The notes beneath the pieces were generated by a model. That model was not told the origin of the DNA, did not search any database, and saw only the letters and a program-made list of their open reading frames with translations. Positions 9,878 through 39,800 of a stretch of 64,000 nt of DNA are shown one piece after another. Origin of the DNA: Stylophora pistillata (Eukaryota); assembly GCF_002571385.2 (NCBI RefSeq), contig NW_019217883.1, positions 444,528 to 508,527 on the forward strand. Reading direction: 5' to 3'. The position numbers and the translations under genes are program-made. How positions within the stretch are numbered: the first letter of the stretch is position 1; each line of letters starts with the position of its first letter.

Positions 9878-12800
9878 TCACGTTTCACTGTCCATTGCAG
9901 TTTCATCTGTGGAATCCTCAGGGGATGGGGGTGGGAGTGGAGGTGACTGTGTCTCATCCATGGGTACAATAAGGTTCTCTTTTGCCATCAAATCGTACTT
10001 TAGAACATACGTTGTAAACCTTTTGCACAGGAGAGTCTCGTTCTGCGGATATGAAACAAGGAAACTTGGGAAACTTACATTGCCTTTTCAGTAACCAGTT
10101 CCAGGTGATCAATTAGTAAAACGGAGCAAAGTACAGAAGTAAATGATAGCGATAGTAGTGGCGGGATTAAAACGAGGGAAGTTTGGGGTTTGGGACCCGA
10201 AATTAGAACGCTTAGTTTTACTTGTGAATACCAACAGACATGGATTACCTCAAACTCATCGTAAATGCTCCTATGGTGAAAGTAAGCATGTGAAAATATC
10301 CGGTAAACACGCCGGCAAACTGATCCCAGTTTAGCCACAGAAGATTCCTTGATGCTTACTCTAGAAAGAAAAAAGGTCACGTTAACTATTGTGAAACTGG
10401 TCCTAAGCCTATCACCTACACTGCCTGATTGTCTCTTGGGTTGTCATGGCATAAATAAAGAGTGTTGCTACCCTCCTACCACGCGCGAGCATCAAGACCT
10501 CGCGCGAGCATCAAGACCTCGCGCGAGCATCAAGACCTCGCGCGAGCATCAAATAAATAGTTACGCGCGCAAGCTTCGCGTCACGTTTTTAACTTTAAAT
10601 AGCGTATGATAACGATATTCGTATTTCGTATCACTAATGAAGGCTTAAGCATTAGCCGAAGCGTCTGTTTCAAAAATAACAACAGTCAGAGGCAAACAAT
10701 TTCTTTAAAACTCAGTAAATAGAGCTCTTGGAACACTTTTGATAAGACAATAAAAATGGAACAACAAGTGGGAAACAGGCCATACGAAGCAAATAAAGAG
10801 TAGCTTCCTGAGTAACCTGCTGTACATAAGAGAGACAGAGCTCCAAAAATGGGGGTTTGTCTTCAATAAAAACAGATTAAAGAACTCTTTCTCTTGTTCT
10901 GCTAGGGTAAAAGCATAATAAATACAAGGGAAGAAGAAAATGTCAATACCTGCTTGGAAAGTACTTGTTGCTGTTCAGCAAAGATGCTGCACCATCCAGA
11001 GTATGTCGTGTGTAATCAATAGCTGGACACTGTTGAGGATCATGCAGTTATTAATCAATGAATGCATCAATCAATCAGGGAGTGAGTCAGTTAGTCAGTC
11101 AATCATTCTCTCAGTCTATCAATCAATAATCAATCAGTCAGTCAATTCGTTAATTAATGAACAATTGCATCATCTAGACCATTTGTAACCTAACCAATGG
11201 GACTGACGTCAATGTCCACGATCTTACTCTCCCAGTTCACTCAGAAAATTATAAGAAACAATCACAAAAAAGTAGCAACAACCTGACATCAGTAGTTTCT
11301 GAGAATGTCATACCTCTCTGGGGGTTTTGTGTGCAGCACATAGGAATATCCACTGCTCTGTGGCAGTCATCTGTGTACAAGTTGTGGGAGTACAGTCAGA
11401 CTGAAATAAACAAAAGTCAGTGAAAAGGGTCAGCAAACTTTTTTTTCATTGGTGACATTTGTTTCTTGGTCCACTTGAGGAGCAAGTTATGGCTATGTAA
11501 ACCTGACCATCAACAAACAAATTTTCTACTCTTACAACTATATTTTTTAAAATTTTCTATAAAAAAGAATATGGGGAATTTCAAGTTTTTAACTGTGACA
11601 CTTTCTCTTTGATTCTCATTTAACTCAGATATTGTACTGATCATTTAGGGAGAGTTTAGGTCTCCATGGCTGAAGTTACCTGAAGTCTGACAGCTAATCC
11701 ATTAAGTTCCATACAAAACTGCCTCAGATGTTCATATTTCCATACTCCTTCATCTTGGCCCTCAGGTGACTCTAAAATTGCCTCTATATTTGTGTAATCT
11801 GCTCGGATCTGTTGCTGAATATACTAAGCACAATAATAAAAGGATGGTTAAATGTTTTTCTCTCAAGAACTCAACCCTTTGACCATAAGAGTGACTACTA
11901 GTCAGTAGTATCTAATTTTTCTTTACAACATCACCCCTGAATCACCAATTAAGGTCACAAGAATAAAGAAAATGATCACCAACTAAAGTAGCTCTTGATT
12001 ATTAAACAAATTCTCCTTATCAGTGGATTAGGCAGTATATATAGAGAACAGTATGGAGAACTTGCATTCTGATGTTAGGGTGTGAAGGGTTCAAAATGCC
12101 TGTTTGCCTTAATATAACCACGTACGGGAAGAAGGAAGAAACTGCTGTTTGTCATAGTTAATTAGGAGTCTGTTCTTGGTGTACAAGAATTTCTTTTTCA
12201 GTACTGGTTTGCAGTAGTTATTTAAGGACAGACAGACAGACAGACAGACATCTATATTTATACAGGATAGCCCCTTCAGTGTAGTAAACACTGGTATCAA
12301 CGGGGGTCCTGTTACCCACCCAACCCACCCCAGGGGAGGACATCCATCACACAGTAATCTCGTGCGTGGGAAATTAACGTCTCCTGCCCCTAACCCTGCA
12401 GGAGACGGGACCTCCATTTATTCGTCCCTATCCGAGAAGACTAGAATATCTAACCAATTCTTGATGTTAAAGAAAGGAAGCATATTCTTCTCAGTTAATT
12501 TTAAGACCCTGAGTGTTGGTCCGGCCGGTATTGAACTCTCGACCTCCCGCACAGCAGTCCGGCACTCTCCCAATTGAGCTAACCAGGCAGCGGTTCTTTG
12601 CATGGATATTTTGAATTTTTCTCCACTCCCTCAAAGTTTTCATTAACTTTTGAAGTAGAAAGGTGCTGCCTTGTGAGTAAGCAGGTACCCTTAGGCTAAT
12701 AAAATTGACAGCCGAAGGCCCGAACTTCTAGGGGGGTCCAGGGGCATGCTCCCCTGTTAAATATTTAAAACTTAAGAATCCCAGGAGCACATTTTCCTGC

Positions 12801-14119
12801 TATCTGGAAAAGACATTTTCTTGCAATGATGCATACTTAATCTAGTTTTAGTAAAAAAGAATGGTAGGAGAATTTGATTATTTTAGTACACAGCTATGGC
12901 TACATCAAAACAATACAGTTGTTATTTAGAGCCTCCTTCCTTCTTAAAGTTACAATTTGGCTCAAACTTACAAACTTATCAAAGAGAAACTGAAGATATT
13001 TTTTAAGTTTATGAACACTTAAAGTCAGAGCCGTAATCAGAATCTTCAGCAGCCAAATCTGTTAGCTCCAAGGCTTTGGAGGTTTCCTCTTCTTCCTCAA
13101 TAGAAAATTACTTTCAGTCTGAGTTACAAGGAGTTTCGAAATATTGAAGGTTCCAGACAGCAGGATTCCAATGATAGATTCTCAGTGCCTATACAGGCTG
13201 AAGCAGATTTTCATGTTTAAAATTTTTGATATGTTAATGCTTTTGTACGCTTCCTTGGCTCTATCTTGAATGAAAGTAGATGGTCACTGGTACCCGGGGC
13301 CCGGCTTCTAATAAAAACCCTGCTCCCCCTATGATGAATACAATAAGGTTTTGGAGGCATGAAAAATTTACTGTTGACTCTGTAGTTTTCATTGCTCTCC
13401 ACAAAGGAAAGAAACACAGTCCACATAAATACAAGAGGCCAGCCCATGGGTAGCATGTTGGAGATTACAAGTTAAGCACCCCAATCACTAGACCACACTG
13501 CCTCCACATTTTACCATAAGATCGCCCTTTTAATGATAAAACATGTTCTAAAATGCCCTATGTTTCAAAAGATATGGCTCAAAGAATAGGGATATCCAGC
13601 TTCTCATCTTTCCATGTTTTGGTACCTGTTGTACTGCTAACGTACTATCCATCTCCTCAAATGGCTCGTCAGGCCAGCCATACATGTCCTGGCACAAAAA
13701 CACAGAAATTAGGTCAGATCTTAACGGTTCATGTAGCTCACCGCAGCTCTCTGCAGCTCCTTGGTAAAAACGATGAATAAAATGAAAAGGTAAGCGACAC
13801 AGGCATGCTATGCAAATTAGGAACGAAAAAAGTTTGCATAAGTTTGGCTATAATTCTAACCTACATAAATGATAATTCATCGAGGTACTAAAAATGAGAA
13901 GCTTTTCAAAACAGAACTCTTGTGTGGCAACGTCCATGTCTCGGGTATTCAATATTGTGTAAACTCACAATTCAGCACCTTTCTGTAAAATGCAAAGCAA
14001 GGCATATACAGTCATCTGAATTATCAAAAACAGTAAGAATTAAGTTAAGAACTTACAGCAGCCTTGGTTCCCGGCCTATTTCTTCTTATGATTGTTGTTA
14101 TCACATCTGCTGTCGCCAT
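9878..14119 (-). CDS. MOB4: MOB4 / phocein (STRIPAK subunit); 7 exons: 14119-14057, 13688-13626, 11823-11680, 11400-11314, 11029-10950, 10360-10249, 10042-9878; 237 aa
   Basis: All introns are GT-AG and the frame is kept. Peptides [74 protein letters not shown] and [30 protein letters not shown] match MOB4. Confidence 0.97.
10482..10552 (+). repeat. 19-bp tandem repeat (cgcgcgagcatcaagacct) x ~3.7
   Basis: Direct observation. It is followed at ~10632-10665 by a degenerate Penelope-type terminus (ctaatgaaggct...agccgaagcgtc). Confidence 0.9.
11873..12091 (-). mobile_element. ~200-bp MITE with AACCCT...AGGGTT ends; further copies at ~24311-24518, 37235-37422, 43553-43735, 45583-45791, 57222-57408, 59075-59265, 61143-61350
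   Basis: Most copies share the core (caccctaacatcagtatgcatattctccatactgttctc...aggagaaattagatgc) and short terminal inverted repeats that often abut TTAA. Confidence 0.75.
12227..12595 (-). mobile_element. tRNA-derived SINE, copy 1, with (CTGT)n tail
   Basis: Head GGTTAGCTCAATTGGGAGAG...GAGTTCAATACC (A/B boxes). The body is shared with copies at 37789-42108 and 53921-54290. Confidence 0.85.
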
Positions 14120-14828
14120 TTTGTTTTCAGAGTGTAGTACGAGGCCGCAAGTCAGCGGATACTCAAATAAAAGGAAATATTTGATGCACTTGCACTTGAG
14201 TACAATTACATGAACGAATCAGCAACTATCTGTTTGTATTATGACTTTTAATAAATTATTTCACTTCCTCTTGCCAACTGATAGATGTGTGTGCAGGAGA
14301 GCAGTATTAGTTGGTAAGCTATACATACTGACTTTATAGGTATCTTATTTATGTTACAAAAGAGAGTGCCATATCATTGATAGACACATCACAGATTATC
14401 AGTGATTCTAATAAATTTCCGAAGACCAAAGGTTTGAGTGGCAGTCGCAAAAATGTGGCGTAAACAGGGGGTGGTTAAGTCAAATTTGTCACCATTCAAT
14501 TTATGGCAACCATAGTCGATATCTTAATCATTTGTTACTTATCTTCACTGTGGCCAACTATTTTAATCGTCATCATCATTGTTTACCATCATTTCATCAT
14601 TGTCATCATCATCATTGTAATTATATTGAAGATCAACTCAGCCATTGCACTTACTGACAATAGATGGGTATGGAGGGCTTTATTGACATCATAAGTTATT
14701 GTCATCATCATTATCTCATTAATGATGATCAGTATCTACCATCATTTGTCATATAACTAGAACTTTTGCTCCAGAATCTGGTGCACTTATCCCCAGGCCT
14801 CCTTTTCTCTCCAGGTGAGAGATCAATA

Positions 14829-17800
14829 ATGACTGGCCCACTGTCAGGTGTAAGAGTTTTAGATATGACAAGGTATGTCATTCACTTATTATAAGGCACT
14901 GAAATATGGTTCTTTTAATTATCGCATCACATTCCAGTTAAATACAATTGAGAGAGCCATCTTGATAAATAAGTTCAACAAGAAAATTTAAAGTGATTGT
15001 TTATTTTTGGTTAGGATTCTTGCAGGTCCTTTTACAACAATGCTCCTTGGGGATTTAGGAGCAGAAATAATAAAAATTGAAAAACCAGGTAATGTCATTT
15101 ATCAAATTTTCAACTCCAAATGCCAGTATGGCATTCTGGTGTTCTGATTGGTTCACTCAACTCCAGTTATTAGCTAGTATCCCCAGTCTTTAGTCATTTT
15201 TGTTATTCTTATGTCAATCTTGATTTAAAGCTGAATAGGAAAGCTCAAAGCAATACTGTGTGTCAGGGCTCGAGACTAACGGTAGCCCACTAGCTACAGA
15301 CTAATAGAAATTCAGGTTTGGCTAGTGGTTTTCAATTTCCACTAGCCAGTTTGGTTAGTAAAGAAACTGAAATTGTCGTAACATCTAAGATGTCACTAGC
15401 CACTTGGCTAGTAAGTTGAAAAGTTTGTTGAGCCCTGTGGGTGTATAACAATATTATATTTTTCTAGATACCCACAAGAATGCATGTGTTTGAATGTGTA
15501 CATGGTTGCCAAGCCCAGATCTCAGTTTTTCGTTTTATTGAAACATTGATATGTTCTTGTTTTAGTCTCTGGAGATGACACAAGATCATGGGCTCCCCCA
15601 TTTTGTGAGAATGAAAGCACGTATTTCCTCTCTATAAATAGAAACAAGAAGGTATTCGTCAGGTATCTCACTTCTTAGTAACAACAACCTGTTAAAATAA
15701 ATAAGATAATAAACTAGGAATGGGGTTGCTCATAAACTTAAAACAATTTTTATTTTATGTAGATTGTTTCTTAGGGATGCATTGAATTGCCCACATCACT
15801 CTTTCCAAGGATATGATAATGCTGGTCTATTGGACAAACATTTTCCATGAGAAAAACATAATTGATTCTTGCACTTGCCTTCACAAATTGCAATAATTTC
15901 TTTTGTTGAAATTTTCCAGAGCATTGCTGTAAACATCAAGAATCCCAAAGGTACAGAAATTGTTAGAAAGGTACTTAGAAAGAGGCTCAACCACTTACAG
16001 TCATTTAGTCAATTGACAAATAGTTCATGCAGATTCAGGCTCAGTAAGATTTAATCTAAAGATCCTTCTAATTTTGTTGATTGACACTTTGAACGTTTTT
16101 ATAGTGATCGTTTTTCCTTGCTCAGCCTTTTCTGAGTAATCACTTTCTTGGGATGGAAGAAACGGTGGAGTAAGTGAGAAAATAAAGGAGGGAGACTGGC
16201 CAACTTTTGTCACTTCTAACTGGACCCTTGCTGCTTTCACTTTCCTTGCTTGTTCACTTGTCTCTGTTGATCATCAGTTGGGCTGAGGAGCTTATAGGGT
16301 CTCCCAGTAGCTCCAGCAATCACCCTGTGCATCATTTTAAACCTTTTTGTCTTTCACCCAAGTGTATATAAATCTTATGCATGAGAGGCAGATTTTCAGC
16401 ATTACTTGACTACACAGCAAGTTATCCTTTCACCAATCAGATTGAACAAATTTAATGTGAAACCCCATTTACTTGACAGCTTGCTTCGAAGTGCGACGTT
16501 CTGGTAGAAAACTACTTACCTGGAAAACTGGACAAAGTGGGTTTAGGATACGATCAGCTGAGGGCATCAATACCATCCTTGATATATTGTTCAATAACAG
16601 GATTTGGTCCTGGGGGACCATATGATCAGAGGCCAGGATATGATGTCATGGTCTCGGGTATTGGGGGACTGATGCACATAACAGGCCCTGAGGTACCTTT
16701 GAATGCCCTAACATTGGTCATGTGAGACTCGAGGCAAAGACATGTTGAGAAACAAGTTGCTGTTTCAGGGTTAAATTGTAGCAATAAGTTATCTCATGCC
16801 AAGCAGGAAGACTCTGTGAAAATCACTATCATTCATTGTTAGAAAAAGAACAATAAAATGTCCTTCTTCCACAGGAGTTGACTATGGCTTGGACAGGTCA
16901 CTGTGTCTTGTGTCTGTGATAACTCTCACTGGCTTGTTTTTTAAACCAGTCCAAATGGAGTGGCTGTTTGCAGAGACTTGTTGCTGAGTGTGAATTCCTT
17001 GTGCTGTAGACTTAATGCATAATAACTGTTTTCTTTCATTATTGCAAAAAGTGCTAAATAAATTTTGGCTTGATTGTGACAAAAAATTTATATACTGTTA
17101 CTATTGTTTTTAGGACAGTGATCCTTGTAAGGTTGGCATTGCAGTAACAGACATAACTACAGGGTTGTATGCACATGGAGCCATTATGGCTGCACTTCTA
17201 CAGAGACAAACAACAGGATTGGGACAGAAAATAGATTGCTCCTTGCTGGCATCACAGGTACTCATTGACAAGTGCTAGAAGTGTGTTTTATAAATCTTTG
17301 TGACTGACAGTTTCTTTATCATATTTCTGCCCATGCTGTAGATAGCCATGCTTAGCCACGTTGGAACAAGTTATCTCAATGCTGGGTTTGAGACTGGACG
17401 CTATGGAACAGCTCACCACAGTATTGTTCCATACCAGGTGAGATAAAAAATCTGCATCACATGCAGAGAGCTTTTTTTTTTTTTTTTCATGCAATTATAG
17501 AAGGTAATAAAAGCCTCTGCTCTTACTCAGCAAATGTTGAATGAGAGAAGTTGGTGGGTGAGATATGCTCTACATTAGCTTTGTTTTGTAAGACGAGACA
17601 TATTTTGATTAGCATCAATAGTAAGAATAGAGGCACTTGGAGGGTGGGGACTGAGGAGTGTTGGTCTAAGCCCTCCGTCCTCTCTCATCATGTCCTGACT
17701 TCATGAGCCCTTCCCCTAATTGATTAATATTGACCTTCCCGTTATTTTCCTGTGAGGCTTTCAAAACCTGTGATGGACACTTCTTGGTAGGAGCTGGAAA

Positions 17801-19591
17801 TGATGGATTGTTTAGAAAACTTTGCAAAGTAAGATGATTGTTTTGTTTGTTTATTTAGATGTTTTGCTGTCACTTTTTACGACTTTTTTATCACTTAAAA
17901 ACAAAATGCTCAGTACAAGAAAGTAAGTGATCTGACTCTAGAGTGCCCAGCATCCTGAGAAAAAACACTTTTCTGAAATGCAGATGCTTCCTGAGAAAAA
18001 ATTCTGTACTAATAACAAAGTTGTATTGGTATTCAAAAAGAAAAATCTGATTGGATTTTTGTTGGTTTAGTTATTAGGTTTAGATAACTTGGCTGATGAC
18101 CCATCATATGCTACAAATGCAGCCCGAGTCAAAAATCGTCACAAATTGCTTCCTATACTAAAAGAATGGTATGTTTGTTTTACTTTTTAGTGCTAGACTT
18201 TGTGGGGTGGGGGTGGGGGAAGGGCTGGTAGAGGGAATTCTTGTGTCTTGTGTTTGAAACATAAGATCTTAATGACCTGCGTTAACTATGTATGTCTAGA
18301 TTGTGGTCAATATTACTGTTGTGGATTAATGTTGGTATCTGAGCAATTGCCTGCCTCCCTTAACCAAACAACAGTCAACTGAGAACAAGTTAGGGTTAAT
18401 GCTGAGTAGGTGTGCAGTTGCTCAGATGCTGAAATTGTTCCATTGTTGTCATACAACTGATGATGTTAGAGTGCTCTTCAATTTAGTGTCATTTAATAAC
18501 ACCAGGAGAAAATGGAAACTCTGTGTCTACGTATTAACTGCCGCATGAAAACGCAAGTGAACAAGTTGTGATTGGTTTGGGTTTTGCATCGGACTGACTG
18601 ATAAGTCGTTTTGTGAAATGGAGTAATACCGCATTAACTTCATCACTCAATTGGAAATTCGGCAATTATTAAACGTTATTTGCTTTTATAAAGTTTTCAG
18701 CAAAGAGGAACAAAGGGATGGGCCAAGGCGTTTGAAGGGTCCGGCATTCCTTGCGGACCTATTAATAATATAAAGGCGGTGTTTGAAGATCCGCAGGTAC
18801 AGTAACGAAACGGTATGCGTGATTTTAGGTGAGTTGTAAAAAGTGTGTAATACATATGAAAGAAGTGACAATGTCAAATGTTTATTCTTTTTTTTTTTCA
18901 GGTGAAATACAAAAGTATGGTTCAAGAGATGGAACATCCCACAGCTGGAAAGATTCGAGTGCCAGGTTGCCGAGCGTTTTCCATATTTTCTCGTCAGAGA
19001 TTATTTGGGCGACCACACAATGCTAAAAAGCAATAAAGGCTGATAGTTTCTAAAGAAACTGTTTGGGGCTGCGTCGGTGGGGGTAACGAAATAATTTGAA
19101 TATATCAACAAAGTTGAAATGGTAAATTGGCCACCGTCACGATTATAAAAGCTGACGTTTCGAGCGTTAGCCCTTCGTCGGAGCGAATGACGAAGGGCTA
19201 ACGTTCGAAACTTCAGCTTTTATAATCGTAACGGTGGCCAATTTACCATTTCAACTTTGTTGATATATTCTTAAAAACAACTAGCTGACCACTCAAGTAA
19301 CAAGTTAATTTTGAGTGTTCGTTGGTAAAACGGCATAATAGATTTATCCGATATTCTGGACGAGTAATTATTGAGATTTTCCCATGAATTTTCACGTGTG
19401 TTTCTCTTTTAATCTTTCTTTTAGGACCCGCCGTGGAGTACAACGGAAAAACCTGTCAGGGGGTCCCTAGAGCACCTCCTCTGTTAGGACAACATACTAA
19501 TGAAATTTTGACAAGTCTTCTTGAATATAGTGACGAGGAAATTTCTAATCTTGAATATGACAAAATCATAGAATGTCACCTTGAGAAATAA
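14829..19591 (+). CDS. SUGCT: Succinyl-CoA:glutarate CoA-transferase (CaiB/BaiF family III), 12 recognisable exons; true N-terminus (mitochondrial presequence) uncertain, possibly an exon at ~14285-14313
   Basis: Exons encode [48 protein letters not shown]...[18 protein letters not shown]...CSITGFG...RPGYD (catalytic Asp), [31 protein letters not shown] and PPLLGQHT. Stop TAA at 19589-19591. Confidence 0.92.
15264..15437. mobile_element. MITE with CAGGGCTC...GAGCCCTG termini (hAT-like)
   Basis: 8-bp TIR and internal repeated ctagcca/tggctag motifs. The TSD is imperfect. Confidence 0.6.
19033..19270. mobile_element. Fold-back Penelope-type terminal-repeat element with minimal hammerhead cores (copy 1)
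   Basis: Inverted arms ~19098-19179 and 19188-19270 contain (C)TGACGAAGGGCTAACGyTCGAAACkTCAG. The left flank is shared with the copy at 53389. Confidence 0.75.
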
Positions 19592-20144
19592 TTCGAATAA
19601 AAAACTAATGAGCCTAATTAAAATTCTGATAGACAGTGTTGTACTACAATATACATCCTGATCATAGTAAAGCCTAGCTATTGTTACAAGTCCGTATATT
19701 CAGCGAAAAATTGATATGGTATTTATTTAATTAAAATAAAATGTTTTTTTTTTTTTTACCTTGGTGTTTGAAAGAGAAGTTAATATAGCCTCACATTTGC
19801 CAGCAATTAAATTACGCATTACAAAAATCTCTACTGGAGCGAAAATTACTGCCAAAAAAATTGAGACCCTCCTGTTGAATCCTTAAAACGTTGTCCCGTT
19901 TGTCAAAGTTCAACGTTCAATTTTCGACATAAAAACAAACTGGTGATGGCGCGGGAAAAGGGAGGTGACCAAGTCGCAATTGATTTTAGTCTTGTATCTG
20001 AGTGGTTGAGAAAGTAACACGAGTTTCTGGACCAACCATGTAGCGAAGTAAAAAAAAACAAAAGCAACCCCAGATTACTTCGGTCGACCCTTATAAAAGT
20101 TTCACTGCTCGAAATTTAACGGTTTAACAGGTACGGTCGATATG

Positions 20145-36218
<16,074 letters not shown>

Positions 36219-36848
36219 TTAGCCAGCTTGTCACCATCAGCTTGTTATACATAAATCTCATTTACAGACAACGTTGATTCCACTGCAGATTGCACCATCG
36301 CAAGCAGCCTTTACGCGGATTCGTGCAATCAGCTGAAATCATTACTTTCCGGCCGCCATCTTGATTTTCTGTTTATGAGCCCGCAATCTAGACAGTCAAA
36401 AAAGACGAGTGAGGGGGTAGGAGGGAGTCAAATCACAAAGTTTTTCTTGCTTAATAGAGTTACTTGATATCATGTTATAAAAGGAATTGTTATATCAATA
36501 GTGAAATATTTATTCCGACTAATACAGCTGGGATGTGTCATGGCGGATTAAAGAAAAAAAATTGAAAGATAACGAAAAACTCCCCTCCTCCCTACACAGT
36601 GCAGAGTTTATTTTCCAAGATGGCCGGGTACACGTGAATTTTGTGGATAGCATGTTTGTCTTTGTTTTCTTGGAGCCAAACTTGTGGAATTTTACTCCTG
36701 ATAGCGCGAAATGAAACGATTTCCGCGCAAACATAGCTCTTGATAAAGAAATCACATGCGTTAGATTGTTATTTTTGTGTCAATGCTGATTTGCCCATGT
36801 ATCGTGGAACGATCTCACAAGTCTTCTGAAAACAACCAGGCAACAGAC

Positions 36849-39800
36849 ATGAGCCCTGAGAATCAGCTGGGATTTGATTCGCAAGAGGACGCAAGAAACT
36901 CTAAGAGTAAATCTAAGATAGGCAAAGTATTCCTCGGAATTACAGGGACCGCAACTGTTGGAATTGTGCTGGTGACTACACCATTTGTAACGCCAGCGTT
37001 ACGAAAAATTTGTCTTCCTTACGTACCGGCCACAGAGAGACAAATTGCTAACATCTTACGAATGGGAGCTTCCAAACATAAAGGATCAACCTTGGTGGAC
37101 TTGGGAAGTGGGGACGGAAGAGTGGTTTGTATCATTTTTAATGTCACCCGAGAGTGTTTGATGGGGGGGTGGACTAAAATTGCTTCGAAGTCAACCCTTT
37201 CCCTTCGTTAAAAAAATCAGCCAGATGACCTTTGACCTTTTACACCCTAACATCAGTATCTATTTCCTCCTTACTCTTCTTCTGACAAGGATAATTTATT
37301 TAACAATCTAAGCTTCCTGGGTTGGCAATCATTCCCTTAAATGTTATGATCTTAAGAAATGATTTAGCAGAATTTATGTCAGGACAAATTGGATACTGAT
37401 CACTCCTACAGTTTAAAGGGGTTCATAAGAAATCCCATTTTTGAGAATTTTGAAGTCAGACGAACAGCTATAAAAGAAAAATAAGCCACATTCAGGTCTG
37501 AATGTGGCGAGGGGGGGTTCAAACCTGGACCCCCTTCTGTGCTGGCTTCAGCAATTGACAAGGTGGAACAGAAGGATGTGATATGCAAGGGAAATACTAT
37601 TTCTTTGTAAATTTTGGATCATTTAATTTAATTTATAGGTAATTGCTGCAGCTAGACGAGGTTACCAAGCTCATGGTTACGAACTAAATCACTGGCTGGT
37701 TTGGTACTCAAGATTACAGGCCAGGTTACAAGGACTTCATCACAAAGCTACATTTTCAAGAGCTGACTTGTGGAAGGTGACAAACTGAAATACAATACAA
37801 TACAATACAATGTTCTTTATTTCAAGAGGGTAAATACATGATTAACCCAGCGAAGAGTTTTCTAACACATGGCCCTCTGTAAATAAACTCACCCATCCCA
37901 CCCCAGGGGAGGACATCCATCACACAGTAATCTCGTTTGTGGGAAATTAACGTCTCCTACCCCAACCCTGCAGGAGACGGGACCTCCATTTATTCGTCCC
38001 TATCCGAGAAGACTAGAATATCTAACCATTTCTTGATGTTATAGAAAAGCAGCAAATTCTTCTCATTCATTTTAACCCTTTCCAGCCCAAGAGTGCCATA
38101 TGGCACTCTCCTGTACCACCCCTTCAAAAGCCCAAGAGTGCCATATGGCACGCTTGACCTCATCGTTTTCCAACCAATCTAAAACGTTCTTCCTTTATTG
38201 TTCCAGGTGTCTATTGTATTTCAACCAATAGTGATACAATTTTACTTTCATTTGAGTCTACTTTCAGGGGTAGGGTTCTTACAAATTTTTTATGGTATCG
38301 TAGGCTGAAAATAAATGTTATTATTTCGTAATGGCGGCGCTATTCCAATCGGAGAGCGAGGAAGAAGAGTTTTTGGGATTCGGTCAACAACTTGAATCCA
38401 GCAGAAATGTCTCTGACAGTGAGTCAGATATATCTGTGTCTTGGGTTGTGTAAATACTGAAGACCTTTCGGATTTTGAGCTTACTGACTCAGATACTGAA
38501 GAAGACGGCGTTGTGCCGTGGAACACAAATCGTGATCCAGTCGAAGTGAATCCCTTCGTCCAAAATACTGGTCCAGTCATCTGCCCTCGATTTTTTTAAA
38601 CTGATGTTTAAACAAGAAAATTTTGACAGAATTGCTGAAGAAACCAACCGCTATGCTCGGCAAGCGATGGCAATCAAAGCTGACCCAGAGTGGCGTGAGA
38701 CAAACGCCGTTGAAATCCGTACATTCTTCGCAGTAAACATAATGTTTGGAATCAAACAGCTACCAGAAATCCATTCATACTGGTCAAAGAATCCTCTCCT
38801 TGGCGTTCCGGAGATACAAAAGGTATTTTCAAGAAATCGTTTCAAGAAGATTTCTCAATATCTCCATTTGAACGACAAGAACAGAGATTTACCACGTGGT
38901 AATGCTAACCACGACAAACTTTTCAAAGTGCGGCCGCTACTCGGCATATGGTATTTCGTAGACTGGACTGGACTGGACTGGGCTAGTAAAAGGAGGACTA
39001 GTAAAGCGCGGACTAGTAAAACGCGGACTAGTAAAACGCGGACTAGTAAAACGCGGACTAGTAAAACGACAACGACAAAAAAAACAATTTCATACGAAGG
39101 TGATCATAAGACTTAATGGCAAGCCAATTTAGTAAGTGACAATCCCTGTTCGACTTTTAAGCTGCAAATGGGTTGCACATGCGCCAGATACAAACAAATT
39201 TATAAGTTTAGGCTAAGAAAGAATTTTATTGAGCACCAGTTCAAAATCCTAAAATACACTTTCGTCGTAAATTTCACGGCAGAAACGCAGGAATTCGATG
39301 AATAAAAGTCGCATTAAATCTCCTTGTGTCTAGGTAGAAAGAGTCTCATTGACTTCAGCTTTTCGGTGGAAGAAACACCGATTTACACACGCCATTACAG
39401 AAAACAAACAAGCAGACTGACAACTCCCGGCCAAAACACATATTTGCATTCACTTACAATTTGACTTTCCGTGAAATTTTAAAACGGAACAGAGGTAAAT
39501 CTTCGAAGATTAATCGTCGTTGGAAATAAAAAATACTTTCCGTAAGATCTCTAACTGTTTTTCTTTTTACGAGAAAATCGTCGCTACTATTAAATTGAGC
39601 ANNNNNNNNNNNNNNNNNNNNNNNNNNNNNNNNNNNNNNNNNNNNNNNNNNNNNNNNNNNNNNNNNNNNNNNNNNNNNNNNNNNNNNNNNNNNNNNNNNN
39701 NNNNNNNNNNNNNNNNNNNNNNNNNNNNNNNNNNNNNNNNNNNNNNNNNNNNNNNNNNNNNNNNNNNNNNNNNNNNNNNNNNNNNNNNNNNNNNNNNNNN

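Noticed and set aside
12520-12595. Bona fide tRNA genes at SINE heads (also ~42030-42108, ~53930-54005)
   Set aside because: The cloverleaves are imperfect, differ between copies, and are attached to a shared SINE body and tail.
14503-14750. Hydrophobic 63-aa ORF (also the CTGT-rich ORF at 23506-23778)
   Set aside because: Translations of degenerate (CAT)n and (CTGT)n low-complexity tracts.
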